Shown: positions 12,647-23,375, numbered from the stretch's first letter. The stretch: 64,000 nt of DNA from Thermoanaerobaculia bacterium (GCA_046331405.1 JAXLQX010000001.1:576471-640470), one strand, 5' to 3'. Numbers and translations: made by a program. Notes: generated from the sequence alone by a model not told the origin.

Positions 12647-13552
12647 CTACAGCGCAGGTGCGGGCTCGATGCGCGCCCACTCCCGGTAGCCGTCGTAGAG
12701 GGCGGCGAGCACCAGCATGGCCCCGACCGCGCCGAAGATCGGCATGGCGACGCGGTTCGCCAGGGTGGATTCGAAGATCTCGAACGGCTCGCGCGAGAGG
12801 AGTGTGCGCATCGGCAGGGCGTGAGCGACCAGGAGCAAACCCAAGCCGGCGTTCGCCACAGCGATCCCCCAGCGCGACCAAGGGCGCCAGCCGCCCCGGA
12901 CGAGGACCGCGAGATGGACCCCCACCACCCCGGCAAAGGCCAGCAGGGTTGCCGCCCGCTGCCAGCTGTCGCGAAACGCCTGAGTGAACTCGAGGCCGGA
13001 GGTAGGGACCGCGCCCAGGAAGGCCAGCCTCACGAACGCTTGCGGCGCGAGGTACTGGAACACCGGGAAAGCCAGAAGGGCGACGACGGGGATCAGCGCC
13101 AGAATTCTCGGCATCGCCGCCGGCTTTTCCACCCGCTTCGGCCGCCAGCGCAGCACACCGGGGCCCTGGCGCCGGCGTGCCCAGGCGAGCCCGGCGAACA
13201 CCAGGAACACCGCGCCGACCCAGCCGAGGAAGGTGATGCCGGCCTGGGGATTGCGCAGCGTGGCGACCACCGACCCTACCAAGGCCCAGATGAAGAGGTT
13301 GTGGTTGTCCGCCGGGTCGATGATCGGGGCGCGGGGAGCGTAGCGCGAGGCGGCCTCCGCCGGCCGGCCGAAGCCGGCCAACAGCTCCATCACCATGGCC
13401 TGGTCGGGCGGCTTGCCCGCAGCCGCTGCCTTGGCCGCCAGCTCGTCGGCGAGCAGGGCGCGGAGCTCGAAGGCCACATCGTTGCGCTTGTCCCGCGGCA
13501 GGTATTGGGCTACGTCGCGCACGTAGGAATCGATCACTTGGCTGGCATTCAT
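12647..13552 (-). CDS. DUF1700/HAAS-like membrane protein (sensor partner of PadR)
   Basis: Soluble N-terminal domain MNASQVIDSYVRDVAQYLPRDKRNDVAFELRALLADE, then about six TM helices. Located directly downstream of a PadR gene. Confidence 0.55.
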   Translation of the reverse strand: MNASQVIDSYVRDVAQYLPRDKRNDVAFELRALLADELAAKAAAAGKPPDQAMVMELLAGFGRPAEAASRYAPRAPIIDPADNHNLFIWALVGSVVATLRNPQAGITFLGWVGAVFLVFAGLAWARRRQGPGVLRWRPKRVEKPAAMPRILALIPVVALLAFPVFQYLAPQAFVRLAFLGAVPTSGLEFTQAFRDSWQRAATLLAFAGVVGVHLAVLVRGGWRPWSRWGIAVANAGLGLLLVAHALPMRTLLSREPFEIFESTLANRVAMPIFGAVGAMLVLAALYDGYREWARIEPAPAL

Positions 13553-13564
13553 CGCCGCCTCCGT

Positions 13565-13888
13565 TCACTCGAGAAATCCGTTGATCACCTGCGCCTGCGC
13601 CCGCCACGCTTCGGCGAGGGCCGTGAAGGTCCGTTCCCCCTCGGGGCTCAGCCGGTAGTAGCGGCGCGGCGGCGCGAAAGTGGTGTTCCATTCGCTCGCC
13701 AGCAGCCCCTGCGCCTCCAGCCGCCGCAGCAGCGGGTAGAGCGTGCCTTCCTCGATCGGCATGCCCCCCTCGGCGAGCGCCTGCCGCAGCGAATAGCCGT
13801 ATTGCGGCGCCCGAAGCCGGGAAAGCACGGCCAGAACCAGCACCCCGCGCCGAAGTTCCGTCAAGCCTGTGTTGTCTCGATCTACCAT
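13565..13888 (-). CDS. PadR-family transcriptional regulator
   Basis: Winged-HTH signature GYSLRQAL...EGTLYPLLRRLEAQGLL...RRYYRLSPEG. Start chosen at the internal Met (rc ATG 13886-13888); the track ORF extends to 13963. Confidence 0.7.
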   Translation of the reverse strand: MVDRDNTGLTELRRGVLVLAVLSRLRAPQYGYSLRQALAEGGMPIEEGTLYPLLRRLEAQGLLASEWNTTFAPPRRYYRLSPEGERTFTALAEAWRAQAQVINGFLE

Positions 13889-14080
13889 GTCTCGCCCACC
13901 ACTGTTCAACACATAGTATGCGACACCAGGTACTGTGTCAAGCACAGTGTGCTGGTCTTTCAAGGGGGGAGGCTGGCGATGCAGGTGAAGGTGAGGCCGC
14001 TCAGCAGGCCGGAGTGAGCCCCAGGCGGCTTCATCCGGCAGCGCTTGTCAGAGTATATACGCGCGTATAGACTCCGTATC

Positions 14081-14323
14081 ATGAAAACGGCTCGAGCCAG
14101 ATTGTTTACGAACGGAGGAAGCCAGGCAGTGCGGCTTCCCCGGGAGTTTCGATTTGCCAGCGATCAACGCGAAGTAGTTGTGCGGCGGGAAGGGCGACGA
14201 GTGATTCTCGAGCCCTTGGATGAGTGGCCGCCGAGCTTCCAGGCCTGCCTCGGTTCGTGGGACGAAGAGCTACTGCGGCTGCCTGAGGAGCCCTTTGCCG
14301 AGCTTGAGGACCCCCTGGCTTGA
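14081..14323 (+). CDS. vapB: VapB/MazE-type antitoxin (SpoVT/AbrB fold)
   Basis: MKTARARLFTNGGSQAVRLPREFRF matches the AbrB-like swapped-hairpin N-terminus. The stop overlaps the TTG start of the downstream PIN gene (TTGA). Confidence 0.65.
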   Translation: MKTARARLFTNGGSQAVRLPREFRFASDQREVVVRREGRRVILEPLDEWPPSFQACLGSWDEELLRLPEEPFAELEDPLA

Positions 14324-14718
14324 GACTCCGCTACCTTCTCGACGCCGACACGGTGAGCTCCGCGCTTCGCGGTGCGGGTCGCGTAGGCGAGCGGATTCTG
14401 GCCAGGCGCCCTTCGGAGCTTGCAGTGAGCTCGATCACAGTTGCAGAGCTGCGCTTCGGCGCGGCCCTGCGCGGATCACGAAAGCTCAGCCGGCAAATCA
14501 GCGCTTTTCTCCAGCCACTCAGCGTACTGCCGTTCGATGAGACCGCGGCCGAACGTTTCGGCACGCTGGCTGTTGCGCTGCGCCAGGCGGGTTCGCAGAT
14601 CGGCACTTTCGACACCCTGCTCGCAGCCCAGGCACTGGTGTCCGGCCTGACGATCGTCACCAACAACATCCGCCATTTCGAACGCATCCCGGGGCTCGAA
14701 GTGGAGAGCTGGGCGTAG
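14320..14718 (+). CDS. vapC: PIN-domain toxin VapC
   Basis: YLLDADTVSSAL N-terminus and the acidic residues of a PIN nuclease (D..E..D). Overlap-coupled to vapB. Confidence 0.7.
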   Translation: MRLRYLLDADTVSSALRGAGRVGERILARRPSELAVSSITVAELRFGAALRGSRKLSRQISAFLQPLSVLPFDETAAERFGTLAVALRQAGSQIGTFDTLLAAQALVSGLTIVTNNIRHFERIPGLEVESWA

Positions 14719-14980
14719 ACCTGAAAGGCCCAGGTTGGATTGGCCGGGCCCTCAGAGCCTGTAAAGGTAGTAGGGAGACAAGGTCAACCGAGACCCAACG
14801 GAACGTCCCCCAGGACGCCCTCGCGGTGCAGGCGTTGGCTCACCTCACGTTGCTGGAAGGCGTAGGAGCCGCCGGGGGGACCGCCGGCAGCGCGCACATC
14901 CGACGCAGGCGGAACTCGGCTCTCGGCATCGTCGACTCCTTCTTCCCTGCTCGAGGAGTGTCCACGATTCCGGGGGAACT

Positions 14981-15381
14981 TCAGGCGCCAAGGAGCTGGA
15001 CGCGCGGGAGCTTGGCCCAGGCTCGCTCGAAAGTCGCGACGCTCCCGGCGCCCGCACCGAGATACTGTCGGTGGATCACCCGGTCCAGGAAACCCGGTTT
15101 CGCAGACTCCAGGTTCGGGGTTTCGAGCACCGAGGCCACGTCTCCAGTGCCGCAGACACCCGGAGTCTTCAAGAAGCTCTGCATCGCGTCCAGAGCCTCC
15201 CGTTTCGAAGTGCCATAGTGGTACTGCAGGGCAAAGTAGACCTCCGAGCAAACGAGGTCCTAGACCAGCACGGTGTGCCCAGCCCGAGTCTGGCCGAGCA
15301 GGAAGGCCAGAGCTGCACTCGCTTGGTGTTCAGGCTCGCCCACAAGGAGCCTGAGGACCACGCTCGTGTCGGCACCGAGGG
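14981..15381 (-). pseudogene. PIN-domain toxin interrupted by an in-frame TAG (amber) codon
   Basis: Manual translation downstream of the RHH antitoxin gives LTLGADTSVVLRLLVGEPEHQASAALAFL...TVLV, then TAG at about 15258-15260, then in frame DLVCSEVYFALQYHYGTSKREALDAMQSFL...FLDRVIHRQY... The track only reports the 67-aa C-terminal fragment (14981-15184). Confidence 0.6.
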
Positions 15382-15684
15382 TCAAAGGCCGCGTTCCCGA
15401 GCAAGACCGGCGGCGATACTGCTGCGGATCGCTTCCAGATCGTGTCGCTCAGCGCCCTGCGCCAGTTTCCGGAAGCGACCGAACCAGGGCGGTCGTGCCT
15501 CGCCCGCTTCAGATCCGGCGCCGGATGGCGAGGGCCCAGCTTCGGGGCGGGAAGCGGGCTCACTCGCGCTGACATACCGGCGGAACAGCTCCTCGGCTAC
15601 TTGCTTCAAGGTCCGACCTTCGAGAGCGCTCTTGGCCTTCACCTGGCGGTAGAGCTCGTCAGGAACTTCGAGTGTGGCCTTCAT
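15382..15684 (-). CDS. Ribbon-helix-helix type antitoxin
   Basis: MKATLEVPDELYRQVKAKSALEGRTLKQVAEELF is a typical RHH/CopG antitoxin N-terminus. Its TGA stop overlaps the TTG of the disrupted PIN gene. Confidence 0.55.
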   Translation of the reverse strand: MKATLEVPDELYRQVKAKSALEGRTLKQVAEELFRRYVSASEPASRPEAGPSPSGAGSEAGEARPPWFGRFRKLAQGAERHDLEAIRSSIAAGLARERGL

Positions 15685-15811
15685 GCGCCCAGCAAACCGC
15701 AAATACGGGAAGCCGTCAAACCAGACTAGATTTCTAGAAGGTTACCAGGGCGGACCGACCCCCAGGGCCGGCCGGATGACCTGGCCGGCTCGGGGGCTTC
15801 TTGCTACACCG

Positions 15812-18484
15812 CTACCCTACCGTCACCACCACCGCCGGGGAGAGGTCTCCGAACCACTCCTCGCATTCGTGCACCATGCGCCACTGGAAGGGGTAGAGCC
15901 CCGGCACCAGCGGAGCAACAGCGCTGAAGTTGAGGGTCACCTGGCCGCCGGGAGGTACCGGGGCGGGCAGCTCCACTCGGTTCAGGCCCCAGGTATTGTT
16001 CCCGTACGGGTTGGCGGAGCCCAGCCGGAAGGCTTTGCAGCTGGGGCCCACGGGGTCCCAGGGCAGGCTGCCGGTGTTTTTCACCGTGAGGCTCACCGCA
16101 AAGCGATGGCCGGCGCCCACGGCGGTGGGAACCGTCTGCGAAAGGAACAGGGCGGCCTTCGGCGGCGGGTCGTCGTCGAGGATGGTACCGACGGCCTGAG
16201 TCGCCAGGGCGTGAGCGCCCAGTACGTTCGAGAGGTTGAGGGTGAAAGTCTCGGTGCCCTCGAAGTCCGGATCGCCCTGCACCAGCACGGAGACGACGGC
16301 CTGGCTCTGGCCGGCAGGGATGGCCACGGAGCGGCTCACGCTCTGGTAGTCGTAAGGGGCCACCGCTGAGGCGTTCGCGGTGGCGACGTCGAAGGAGACT
16401 TCGGTGGGCGCCGGATGAGTGAGCTGCACGGTGAATTGGGCCGCAACGGTGCCGCGGTTGCCTTCGGTGACCGTGGCACCGGTGACAGTGAGATCCGGCG
16501 TCTGGTCCGCCACGGTGAAGGTTGCCCAGGGGCTCGCGAGGCCGGAGCCGAAGGCGTTGCTGCCCTGCACGTGCCAGGAGTAGGTGCCGTCCGCCAGGGG
16601 CTGCGAGGGCCGGAAGCTGCACGTCGTGCCGTCGCACACGCCGGCAGCCGGTACGGTTCCCGAGTACGCGAGCTGCCAGCCGGGCGTGAAGGCCTCGAGC
16701 AGGTAGCTCTCGGCTTGCGCCCCCGGGAACCAGGTGTAAGTGGGCTGAGCCGTGGGCACCGTGCCGCCGTCGGGGGCGATGCCGGAGGCCGTACCGGGAG
16801 GAGAGCTGGGGTTGCATTGCGGGGTGAAGAAGCGAATCACCGAGTAGGGCTCGGTGTTGGTGCCGGTGAACGCTTTCACCTTGATGCGGTACTCCGGCCC
16901 GGGTTGGAGCAGGCCGGCCGGGAAGGTCCAGCTGGTGCCGGTGGGTCCCACGCCGCCGGGAATCACCTCCGGGTCGTTGCTGATGTCCACCACCCGGTGG
17001 ATGCGCAGCACGTAGTAGAGGGCGTTCGCCACCGGGGTCCAGCTCACCGTGGGGGTGAGGTTCGCCGTGCAGCCGAGCGGCGCGAGGATCGCCGGCGGGT
17101 CGACCGGCTGGCAGAACGGCACGAAGTACTGGCCGTCCGAGCCACTGCCCCAGCCCAGGTTGTTCATACCCCAGACTCGTAGCAGGTAGGGCCGCCGGGC
17201 AACCAGCGAGCCGGGCACCACGACCTGGTTGGTGGTGGGGGTTTGGTCCGCCATGGCCTCTTCACCGGTACTGGCGTCGAGCAGGCGCACGTAGAACTGC
17301 GACGATTCATGGCCCCGCCACGAGAGGGTGGGGTTCAGCGTGCTGATGCAGCCCCGGGGGTTCAAGGTGTCCGGCCGGCCGGGAGGCGTGTTGTAGATGT
17401 GCGCGGTGGCCATCGGCACATCCACCCAGGCGGGCCGCCCGGCGGCATTCCAGGCGCGCACACGATAGCGGTACTCGTCCGGCCCGAGGCCGGTGGGCGG
17501 CAGCTCGCCCACGTCGTCGAGGAATCCGGTCTCGTCGGCCCCGACATCGAAGAGCTGCACCGCGCCGGTGCGCGGGAGCACTCGCTGGATCTGGAAGCCG
17601 GCTTCGTTGTCGCTCCGGTCCTGCCAGGAGATCTCGATCGCCGTCTCGCCACCCACCACGGGCAGGGCCACCAGGTTGATGGGCTGCTGCGGCAGGCTGG
17701 CCGGCGGAGGGGGAGGCGGTGGGGCTCCGCCGCAGGCGTAGGTCTGGCCGCCGCAGCGCACCCAATCGGAGCCCGAGGCGCAGCTTCCTGCGCCGCAGGT
17801 GCCGGGGGCGCTGCAAGAGAGCGGTGAGCCGTCCGGGCAGGTGATCGCGGCGGTGCACAGCGTGTTGGCGTTGCAGAAGATCTTGTAGGTGGTGGAGTCC
17901 ACGTCGTCGATGCCGGGGGTGGTGTGCTCGGCCGTCCAGCCGGCAGCCGCGCCTTGATCGAAGACGTCGCTCTTGCAGTAGCTGTGGTCGATCTGCACCT
18001 TGCCCACGTAGTCGTCGAACGGCAGCGGCGCCTCGTCGTCTTCGAGGATGCGATAGACGCCCAGGCCGAACTGCGCCGGGGAATTCACCGTCTGCTGGCA
18101 ATACACGCAGGGGTAGCGGCGCGAGGAGTGCTGCAGCCAATGGTCGGCGGTCCATTCCCACTGCTTGGGCCAGCCGCTGCCCACCAGGATGGGCCCCTGG
18201 AAGTTGCTCGCCCAGACCCGCACATCCCAGCCGGTCAAGCCGCCCAGAGCTCCGGGCACGGTGCCGGTCTTGGGATCCCCGGCCTGGGCGAAGTAGGCGT
18301 AGCCTTCCGGGCCGTTGCAGACCAACGGGCAGGTGGCCTCGTGGATGTCCCAGATGGCCGCGCCGGTGATCAGCGCGTAGGAATGATAGGTGCCGGTCTC
18401 GGAGCAGGACTGAGCGCGGCCGGGTGGGGCGGTGGCGAGCCCGACGAGCAGGGCGGCGAGAAGGAGTAAACGGAAGGGTCTCAT
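15812..18484 (-). CDS. Large secreted multidomain protein with Calx-beta and Fn3/Ig-like domains
   Basis: Signal peptide MRPFRLLLLAALLVGLATAPPGRAQS. Poly-Pro linker. Calx-beta-like segment TVTEGNRGTVAAQFTVQLTHP...FEGTETFTLNLSNV...GTILDDD. Confidence 0.6.
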   Translation of the reverse strand: MRPFRLLLLAALLVGLATAPPGRAQSCSETGTYHSYALITGAAIWDIHEATCPLVCNGPEGYAYFAQAGDPKTGTVPGALGGLTGWDVRVWASNFQGPILVGSGWPKQWEWTADHWLQHSSRRYPCVYCQQTVNSPAQFGLGVYRILEDDEAPLPFDDYVGKVQIDHSYCKSDVFDQGAAAGWTAEHTTPGIDDVDSTTYKIFCNANTLCTAAITCPDGSPLSCSAPGTCGAGSCASGSDWVRCGGQTYACGGAPPPPPPPASLPQQPINLVALPVVGGETAIEISWQDRSDNEAGFQIQRVLPRTGAVQLFDVGADETGFLDDVGELPPTGLGPDEYRYRVRAWNAAGRPAWVDVPMATAHIYNTPPGRPDTLNPRGCISTLNPTLSWRGHESSQFYVRLLDASTGEEAMADQTPTTNQVVVPGSLVARRPYLLRVWGMNNLGWGSGSDGQYFVPFCQPVDPPAILAPLGCTANLTPTVSWTPVANALYYVLRIHRVVDISNDPEVIPGGVGPTGTSWTFPAGLLQPGPEYRIKVKAFTGTNTEPYSVIRFFTPQCNPSSPPGTASGIAPDGGTVPTAQPTYTWFPGAQAESYLLEAFTPGWQLAYSGTVPAAGVCDGTTCSFRPSQPLADGTYSWHVQGSNAFGSGLASPWATFTVADQTPDLTVTGATVTEGNRGTVAAQFTVQLTHPAPTEVSFDVATANASAVAPYDYQSVSRSVAIPAGQSQAVVSVLVQGDPDFEGTETFTLNLSNVLGAHALATQAVGTILDDDPPPKAALFLSQTVPTAVGAGHRFAVSLTVKNTGSLPWDPVGPSCKAFRLGSANPYGNNTWGLNRVELPAPVPPGGQVTLNFSAVAPLVPGLYPFQWRMVHECEEWFGDLSPAVVVTVG

Positions 18485-18561
18485 GATGTCTCTCTCCAGC
18501 CGAGACGAGAAGGGCCCCGGCTGCGGAGAGAGACGGAAAACGACCGAGAAAGGGGCCAGCT

Positions 18562-21372
18562 CTACGGGAAGGTGAGCCCCCAGCTCGCGAGGTCGCCGCT
18601 TTCGAAGCCGTCCACGAAGACCGCCGCAGCACCGGGGGCGACCGAGATGTTGGTGGAGCCCACAAGGCCAGCGCAGTTGCCGCCGTCTGCCGCCGTGGCC
18701 GTGACCGTGCGCGCCCCGGACGAGCCGTAGATCACCGTCACGCTCGGCCCGGTGCTGCTGCCGAAGATGACGCCGTTGAGGCCGACGTCCCAGGTCCAGG
18801 TGGTCGGCGAGGCGCTGCAGTTCGAGCCCTGGGCGGAGAACGCCACTTCAAGGCCCACCTCACCCTGGCTGGGGCCGGTCACGGTCACCACCGGCACCCC
18901 GCCGCCCGCGACGATGATCGGTACCGCGTGCGAGAAGATGCTCGAGACGCTCGCCCGTCGCACCCGCAGGCGGGGGATGTAGGTGCCGGCTGTGTTGTAG
19001 GTGTGCGAGGTCACCGGCGAAGTGTGGTCCGCGTCCTCGAAAGAACCGTCGCCGTCCCAGTCGTAGTCCCAGAAGTTCGGGGTCCCCACGCTGCTGTCCA
19101 CGAAGGTGATTGCCTGGCCGGTGTCGGCGAAACAGCCGCTCGCGGTGCAGAACAGCCCGCTGGCGGCGAAGCCGGCCTGGAGCGGGGTGGTGATGGTGAT
19201 GTCCACCAGGGTCGAGGCGCTGGTGATCGCCGCCTGCTGGCAGTTGCGGATGTCCACCGTCACCGTGTACTGCCCTTCGAGCGTGTAGGTGTGGGTGGGT
19301 TGGGTGCCGGCATTGACATCCGCAGTCCACACGGAGGGGGTGTTGTCTCCCCAGTTCCATCGCCACTCGGTGGCTCCCACGGTCTGGATCCGGAAGTTCA
19401 CCAGGCCCGAACCGAAAGGCGGGCCGTTCAGGGTCTCCGGAGCGCTGCCCGGGCTGGCGAAAGCGAGCGTGGGCAGGGCCGCGAGGACGATCGGCGAGCT
19501 GGTGGCCGAGTCGCTACCGCCGGTGTTGCTCACGGTCACGGAGCCGGTGTAGGTGTCCGGCGAAGCGGTAGAGGTATTCCAGTTGAAGGAAGCCGAGCTG
19601 CCGGTAGCCACCACCTGGTTCAGGCTGTTGCGAACCTGCCAGGCGTAGCTGATCGGCGCGAGGCCGGTGACGTTCTGGGCGGTGAAGGCGACGGTCTGGC
19701 AGAGCAGGGGCGCCGCCGGCGTAGAGCTCACCGAGCCCACCTGGGCCGCCGGGTCCAGCACATTGAGTTGCTGAGAGGTCGAGCTCGAGCCGAAGGCGTT
19801 CGAGGCGGTCAGGCCCACGGTTTTCGAGCCCACGGCGTTGAACACCACGCCGGTGGGGTTCTGGCTGCTCGAGTTCGCGGGGCTCGCATCCTGGAAGGTC
19901 CAGGACCACGAGGTCGGCGCGGAGGTGGACTGGTCGGTGAACGAGATCGGCTGGCCGCGGTACACGGTACCGGGGCTGTAGGTGAAGGCCGCCGAAGGCG
20001 CCGCGGTGGTCAGCTTGTGGATGTCGAAGAGGCTGTAGGCCACGCGGTAGAAGTACTCGCCGTCGAACTTGCCCATCCGCGGGTTGACGAGGTTGAAGCC
20101 GGTGGTATTGCGCCGGTAGTACCAGCCCCAGTAGCCGGTGAGCTCACCGCCCACGGTGCGGGCCGGGGGGGTGATGTCCCGCGGGGCGAGGGGGTTGCTC
20201 ACGTCGTAGAGCCATTCGTCCTGGAGGGCCTGGGCACAGCGGTTGGAATCGCCGAAGTAGAGGAACTGCCGCGAGCCGGACTGCGAGTCCGTGATGAACA
20301 GGCCGGCGCCGCCCGCGGGCAGGCTGGCGGTCCAGATCGGTGTGGGCAGTGCGGTCGAGGAGCAGGTGTTGGTCGCCAGGCAGGAGAAGTCGTAGATCCG
20401 AGCCTGAGTGCCCGAGCCGGAGATCACCCGCGTCGCCAGGTAGTAGTTGCTCGTCCCCTTGCGCCACAGCGAGACGCCGTGCACGAATTCGGCACTCGAG
20501 CCCGAAGTTGCGACCACCAGCGAGGGGCTGGTGGGCGAGCTCACCTTCCAGATCTCGAGCCCGAAATCGTTGCCGCCCGAGGAGAAGGCGACCCAGTGGT
20601 TCAGTCCGTCGGCACTGCCCGCCCCGTCCACGTAGCTCACGGTGGTGCGGCTGCCGAGGCGGCGGACGTACACCCCGCAGGTGTTCTGGCCGGGAGTCTC
20701 TTCGGTGCAGAGCGTAGAGCGCGCCACTGCGGCGGAGATGTTGTGCACCAAGAGGCCGGCGTTCTTGGTGGCGGTGAAGGAGTAGTCCGTGCCGGCGATG
20801 CGAGCGGCGTAGATCTGCTGGGCGTCCTTGTTGTGGTCGCCGTAGCGCGCGAGCGGGGTGGTCTTCGAAGTGGTGTTGAAGATCGCCACGCCGGCATCGC
20901 CCGACACGGCGACGGCGACGGCGTTGTCGTTGCCTTCGGGGGCATCGACGTCGCGCACTGGATCGAAGTTGTGGGGATCCGAAGGCCAGACCGGAAAGGC
21001 CGAGGGCCCCAGGAGCTTCACCCGCACCGGGTGGGTCCGGCTGCCGGTGGCGTCCCAGATCTGGAGGCCGTAGGCGATGCCGGCGAAAATCCAGTGGTTC
21101 TCGACGTCGAGCGATTCCCAGTGGGGCTGGTTCTCGTTGTGCGGGTCGGTGAACTCGTTCCAGTCGGTATTGTCGCGGTCGGCCGGCAGCTGGCTGGTGT
21201 CCGTGGGCTGGATCTCTCCCCACAAGGTGGAGGGTGCGCCGAAGGCCGGCGCTCGGCAGGCGACGTACTGGCAGGTGGTATCCGTGCACTGGGCGCGGGC
21301 GGGGAGAGCCAAGCCCGGAGCCAGCGAGAGAGCGACCGCAACAACGACGAGACGGGAATTCAAACCCCTCAT
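18562..21372 (-). CDS. Secreted PKD-domain / beta-propeller protein
   Basis: Start re-placed at rc ATG 21370-21372 after GGAGGG, giving signal peptide MRGLNSRLVVVAVALSLAPGLALPARAQ. PKD-like repeats: WNWGDNTPS...HTYTLEGQYTVTV and YDWDGDGSFE...HTYNTAGTYIPRL. Confidence 0.6.
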   Translation of the reverse strand: MRGLNSRLVVVAVALSLAPGLALPARAQCTDTTCQYVACRAPAFGAPSTLWGEIQPTDTSQLPADRDNTDWNEFTDPHNENQPHWESLDVENHWIFAGIAYGLQIWDATGSRTHPVRVKLLGPSAFPVWPSDPHNFDPVRDVDAPEGNDNAVAVAVSGDAGVAIFNTTSKTTPLARYGDHNKDAQQIYAARIAGTDYSFTATKNAGLLVHNISAAVARSTLCTEETPGQNTCGVYVRRLGSRTTVSYVDGAGSADGLNHWVAFSSGGNDFGLEIWKVSSPTSPSLVVATSGSSAEFVHGVSLWRKGTSNYYLATRVISGSGTQARIYDFSCLATNTCSSTALPTPIWTASLPAGGAGLFITDSQSGSRQFLYFGDSNRCAQALQDEWLYDVSNPLAPRDITPPARTVGGELTGYWGWYYRRNTTGFNLVNPRMGKFDGEYFYRVAYSLFDIHKLTTAAPSAAFTYSPGTVYRGQPISFTDQSTSAPTSWSWTFQDASPANSSSQNPTGVVFNAVGSKTVGLTASNAFGSSSTSQQLNVLDPAAQVGSVSSTPAAPLLCQTVAFTAQNVTGLAPISYAWQVRNSLNQVVATGSSASFNWNTSTASPDTYTGSVTVSNTGGSDSATSSPIVLAALPTLAFASPGSAPETLNGPPFGSGLVNFRIQTVGATEWRWNWGDNTPSVWTADVNAGTQPTHTYTLEGQYTVTVDIRNCQQAAITSASTLVDITITTPLQAGFAASGLFCTASGCFADTGQAITFVDSSVGTPNFWDYDWDGDGSFEDADHTSPVTSHTYNTAGTYIPRLRVRRASVSSIFSHAVPIIVAGGGVPVVTVTGPSQGEVGLEVAFSAQGSNCSASPTTWTWDVGLNGVIFGSSTGPSVTVIYGSSGARTVTATAADGGNCAGLVGSTNISVAPGAAAVFVDGFESGDLASWGLTFP

Positions 21373-21629
21373 CCGAGGGACCCTCCAGTCCATCCAAGGA
21401 CTTGCGTCGAGCGAGTGATGTCCGGCCCGCAATGGGCGCAGTATGTTTCTACGGCATAGTAACACGTGAAGGCTAGGCCTCCGAAAAGTGCACACTGCAA
21501 GGCCTACACCATAGAGGAAAGAGCTCCAGTGGCTCAAAATGCGCCACTTTTCGTCACCGCCGAGGCGCTGAAGCGCCTTTTTCCGTCGCCGAGCGGGGCT
21601 CGGTGGGTGTGGCAGAATGAGCTCCGGCG

Positions 21630-23249
21630 ATGATCCGCGGCGAGCCGAGAACCTCCACGAGCCACTCCTGGGCACCCCTCCGACGCGACGAGCGATGGGT
21701 GGAGCCTCGCCCGGGAACCGGGAATTTCTCCCTGGCCCTGGTCTACGCCAACGGCTACGAGATCGGCATGTCGAGCCTCGGCTTCCAGCGGGTCTACCAG
21801 CTGGTGGGGCAGCGGCCGGGGTGGCAGGCGGAGCGATTCTTCACAGACGGCAGCGGCATGCCGCTCTCGGTGGAGTCGGATCGCCCACTTTCCTCCTTCG
21901 GCGCCGTGGCTTTCTCGGTCTCCTTCGAGGAGGACTACGTGAACCTCCTCCAGCTGCTGGACCGGGCGCGCATCCCGCTTTTCCGCCACCAGCGGGGAGG
22001 CTGGGATCCGCTGATCATTCAGGGCGGCTCTTGCGCTTCGATCAACCCTCTTCCGCTCGCCGATCTGGTGGACGTCTTCACGCTCGGGGCGGCCGAGAAC
22101 ACGCTGCCCGCACTGCTCGCGGCGCTCGAGGAAGAGAGCGGAAGGGAGGCGGTGTTGGAGCGGCTGGCCGGGCAACCGGGCTTCTTCGTGCCGGCCCACC
22201 ATCATCCTGAGGAGGAGGGCTTCGCCAAGCTCGAGAAGCTCGAGCTCACGGCCGAGCAGTTCCGCCAGCCGGGTCACCTGCCCACCACGGCGATCGTCAC
22301 GCCGCATACGGAGTTCGCCAACAAGTTCCTGGTCGAGATGTCCCGCGGCTGCCCGGAGAAGTGCAAGTACTGTTGGGCCACTTTCGGCATGGGCACTTTC
22401 CGCTGGCATCCCACGGAGTACATCCTGGGAGCCCTGGAGCGGGCGCGGCCGGTCACGGACCAGGTGGGCTTCGTGGCCACTGCCGTGGGCGACCATCCGG
22501 AGGTGGAGCGGATCCTCGGAGAGTCCTGCCGCATGGGCTTCCGGGCGTCGGTGTCGTCGATCCGCATCCCGGCAGTGACCGAGGGGGTTCTGGAAGCGCT
22601 CTTCCGCTCGGGGGACCGCTCGATCACCCTGGCCCCTGAAACCGGCAGCGACCGGCTCCGAGCGCACCTGAACAAGCCGATCAAGAACGCCACCCTGCTC
22701 GAGAAGGTGAGGCTGATCTTCGAGCAAGGGTTCACCCAGCTGAAGCTCTATTTCCTGGTGGGAGTGCCGGGGGAGACGCTCGAGGATGTGCAGGCGATCC
22801 TCGACCTCGCTCAGGAGGCTCGAGCCATCCTGGTCGAGAGGGGGCGCCGGAGCGGGCAGCTGGGGCACCTCCACCTGGGCACGAACATCCTGGTGCCGAA
22901 GCCGTTCACTCCCTGGCAGCGGGAGCCGATGGCGGAGGAAGCGAGCCTGAAGGAGAAGCTCGCGTTGCTCAAGCGGGGCGTGGCGCGAATGCCGAATGTG
23001 TCGATGAGCGGCGGAATTTCGATCCGCCAGGCGATCTGGCAGACCTACCTGAGCAAGTCAGGGCCGAGCGCGGCGCCGCTTCTGGTGGCCGCGGCCCGCG
23101 GCCAAAGCTTGGCCTCGCTGCTACGCGAGCACGAGGAGGAGATCCGGCCGGTGGTCTTCGGGCGCATCGATGGAGAGTGCCGCTGGCACTTCCTGCGGCA
23201 GAGGAATACCAGCTTGCCGGCTCAGGAACGTCTGGTGGGCGTGAGCTAG
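21630..23249 (+). CDS. B12-binding-domain radical SAM protein
   Basis: Canonical CxxxCxxC site [12 protein letters not shown] after an N-terminal Rossmann-like domain ([16 protein letters not shown]). The exact start is uncertain. Confidence 0.6.
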   Translation: MIRGEPRTSTSHSWAPLRRDERWVEPRPGTGNFSLALVYANGYEIGMSSLGFQRVYQLVGQRPGWQAERFFTDGSGMPLSVESDRPLSSFGAVAFSVSFEEDYVNLLQLLDRARIPLFRHQRGGWDPLIIQGGSCASINPLPLADLVDVFTLGAAENTLPALLAALEEESGREAVLERLAGQPGFFVPAHHHPEEEGFAKLEKLELTAEQFRQPGHLPTTAIVTPHTEFANKFLVEMSRGCPEKCKYCWATFGMGTFRWHPTEYILGALERARPVTDQVGFVATAVGDHPEVERILGESCRMGFRASVSSIRIPAVTEGVLEALFRSGDRSITLAPETGSDRLRAHLNKPIKNATLLEKVRLIFEQGFTQLKLYFLVGVPGETLEDVQAILDLAQEARAILVERGRRSGQLGHLHLGTNILVPKPFTPWQREPMAEEASLKEKLALLKRGVARMPNVSMSGGISIRQAIWQTYLSKSGPSAAPLLVAAARGQSLASLLREHEEEIRPVVFGRIDGECRWHFLRQRNTSLPAQERLVGVS

Positions 23250-23290
23250 GGGGTCGAGGTCGGGAGAGGAACGGGCTGCCGGGGAGGGCT

Positions 23291-23375
<85 letters not shown>

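Noticed and set aside
15071-15652. 193-aa plus-strand ORF and other Pro/Arg-rich ORFs between 14720 and 15800.
   Set aside because: They overlap the better-supported minus-strand RHH antitoxin and the disrupted PIN toxin. No domain signatures.
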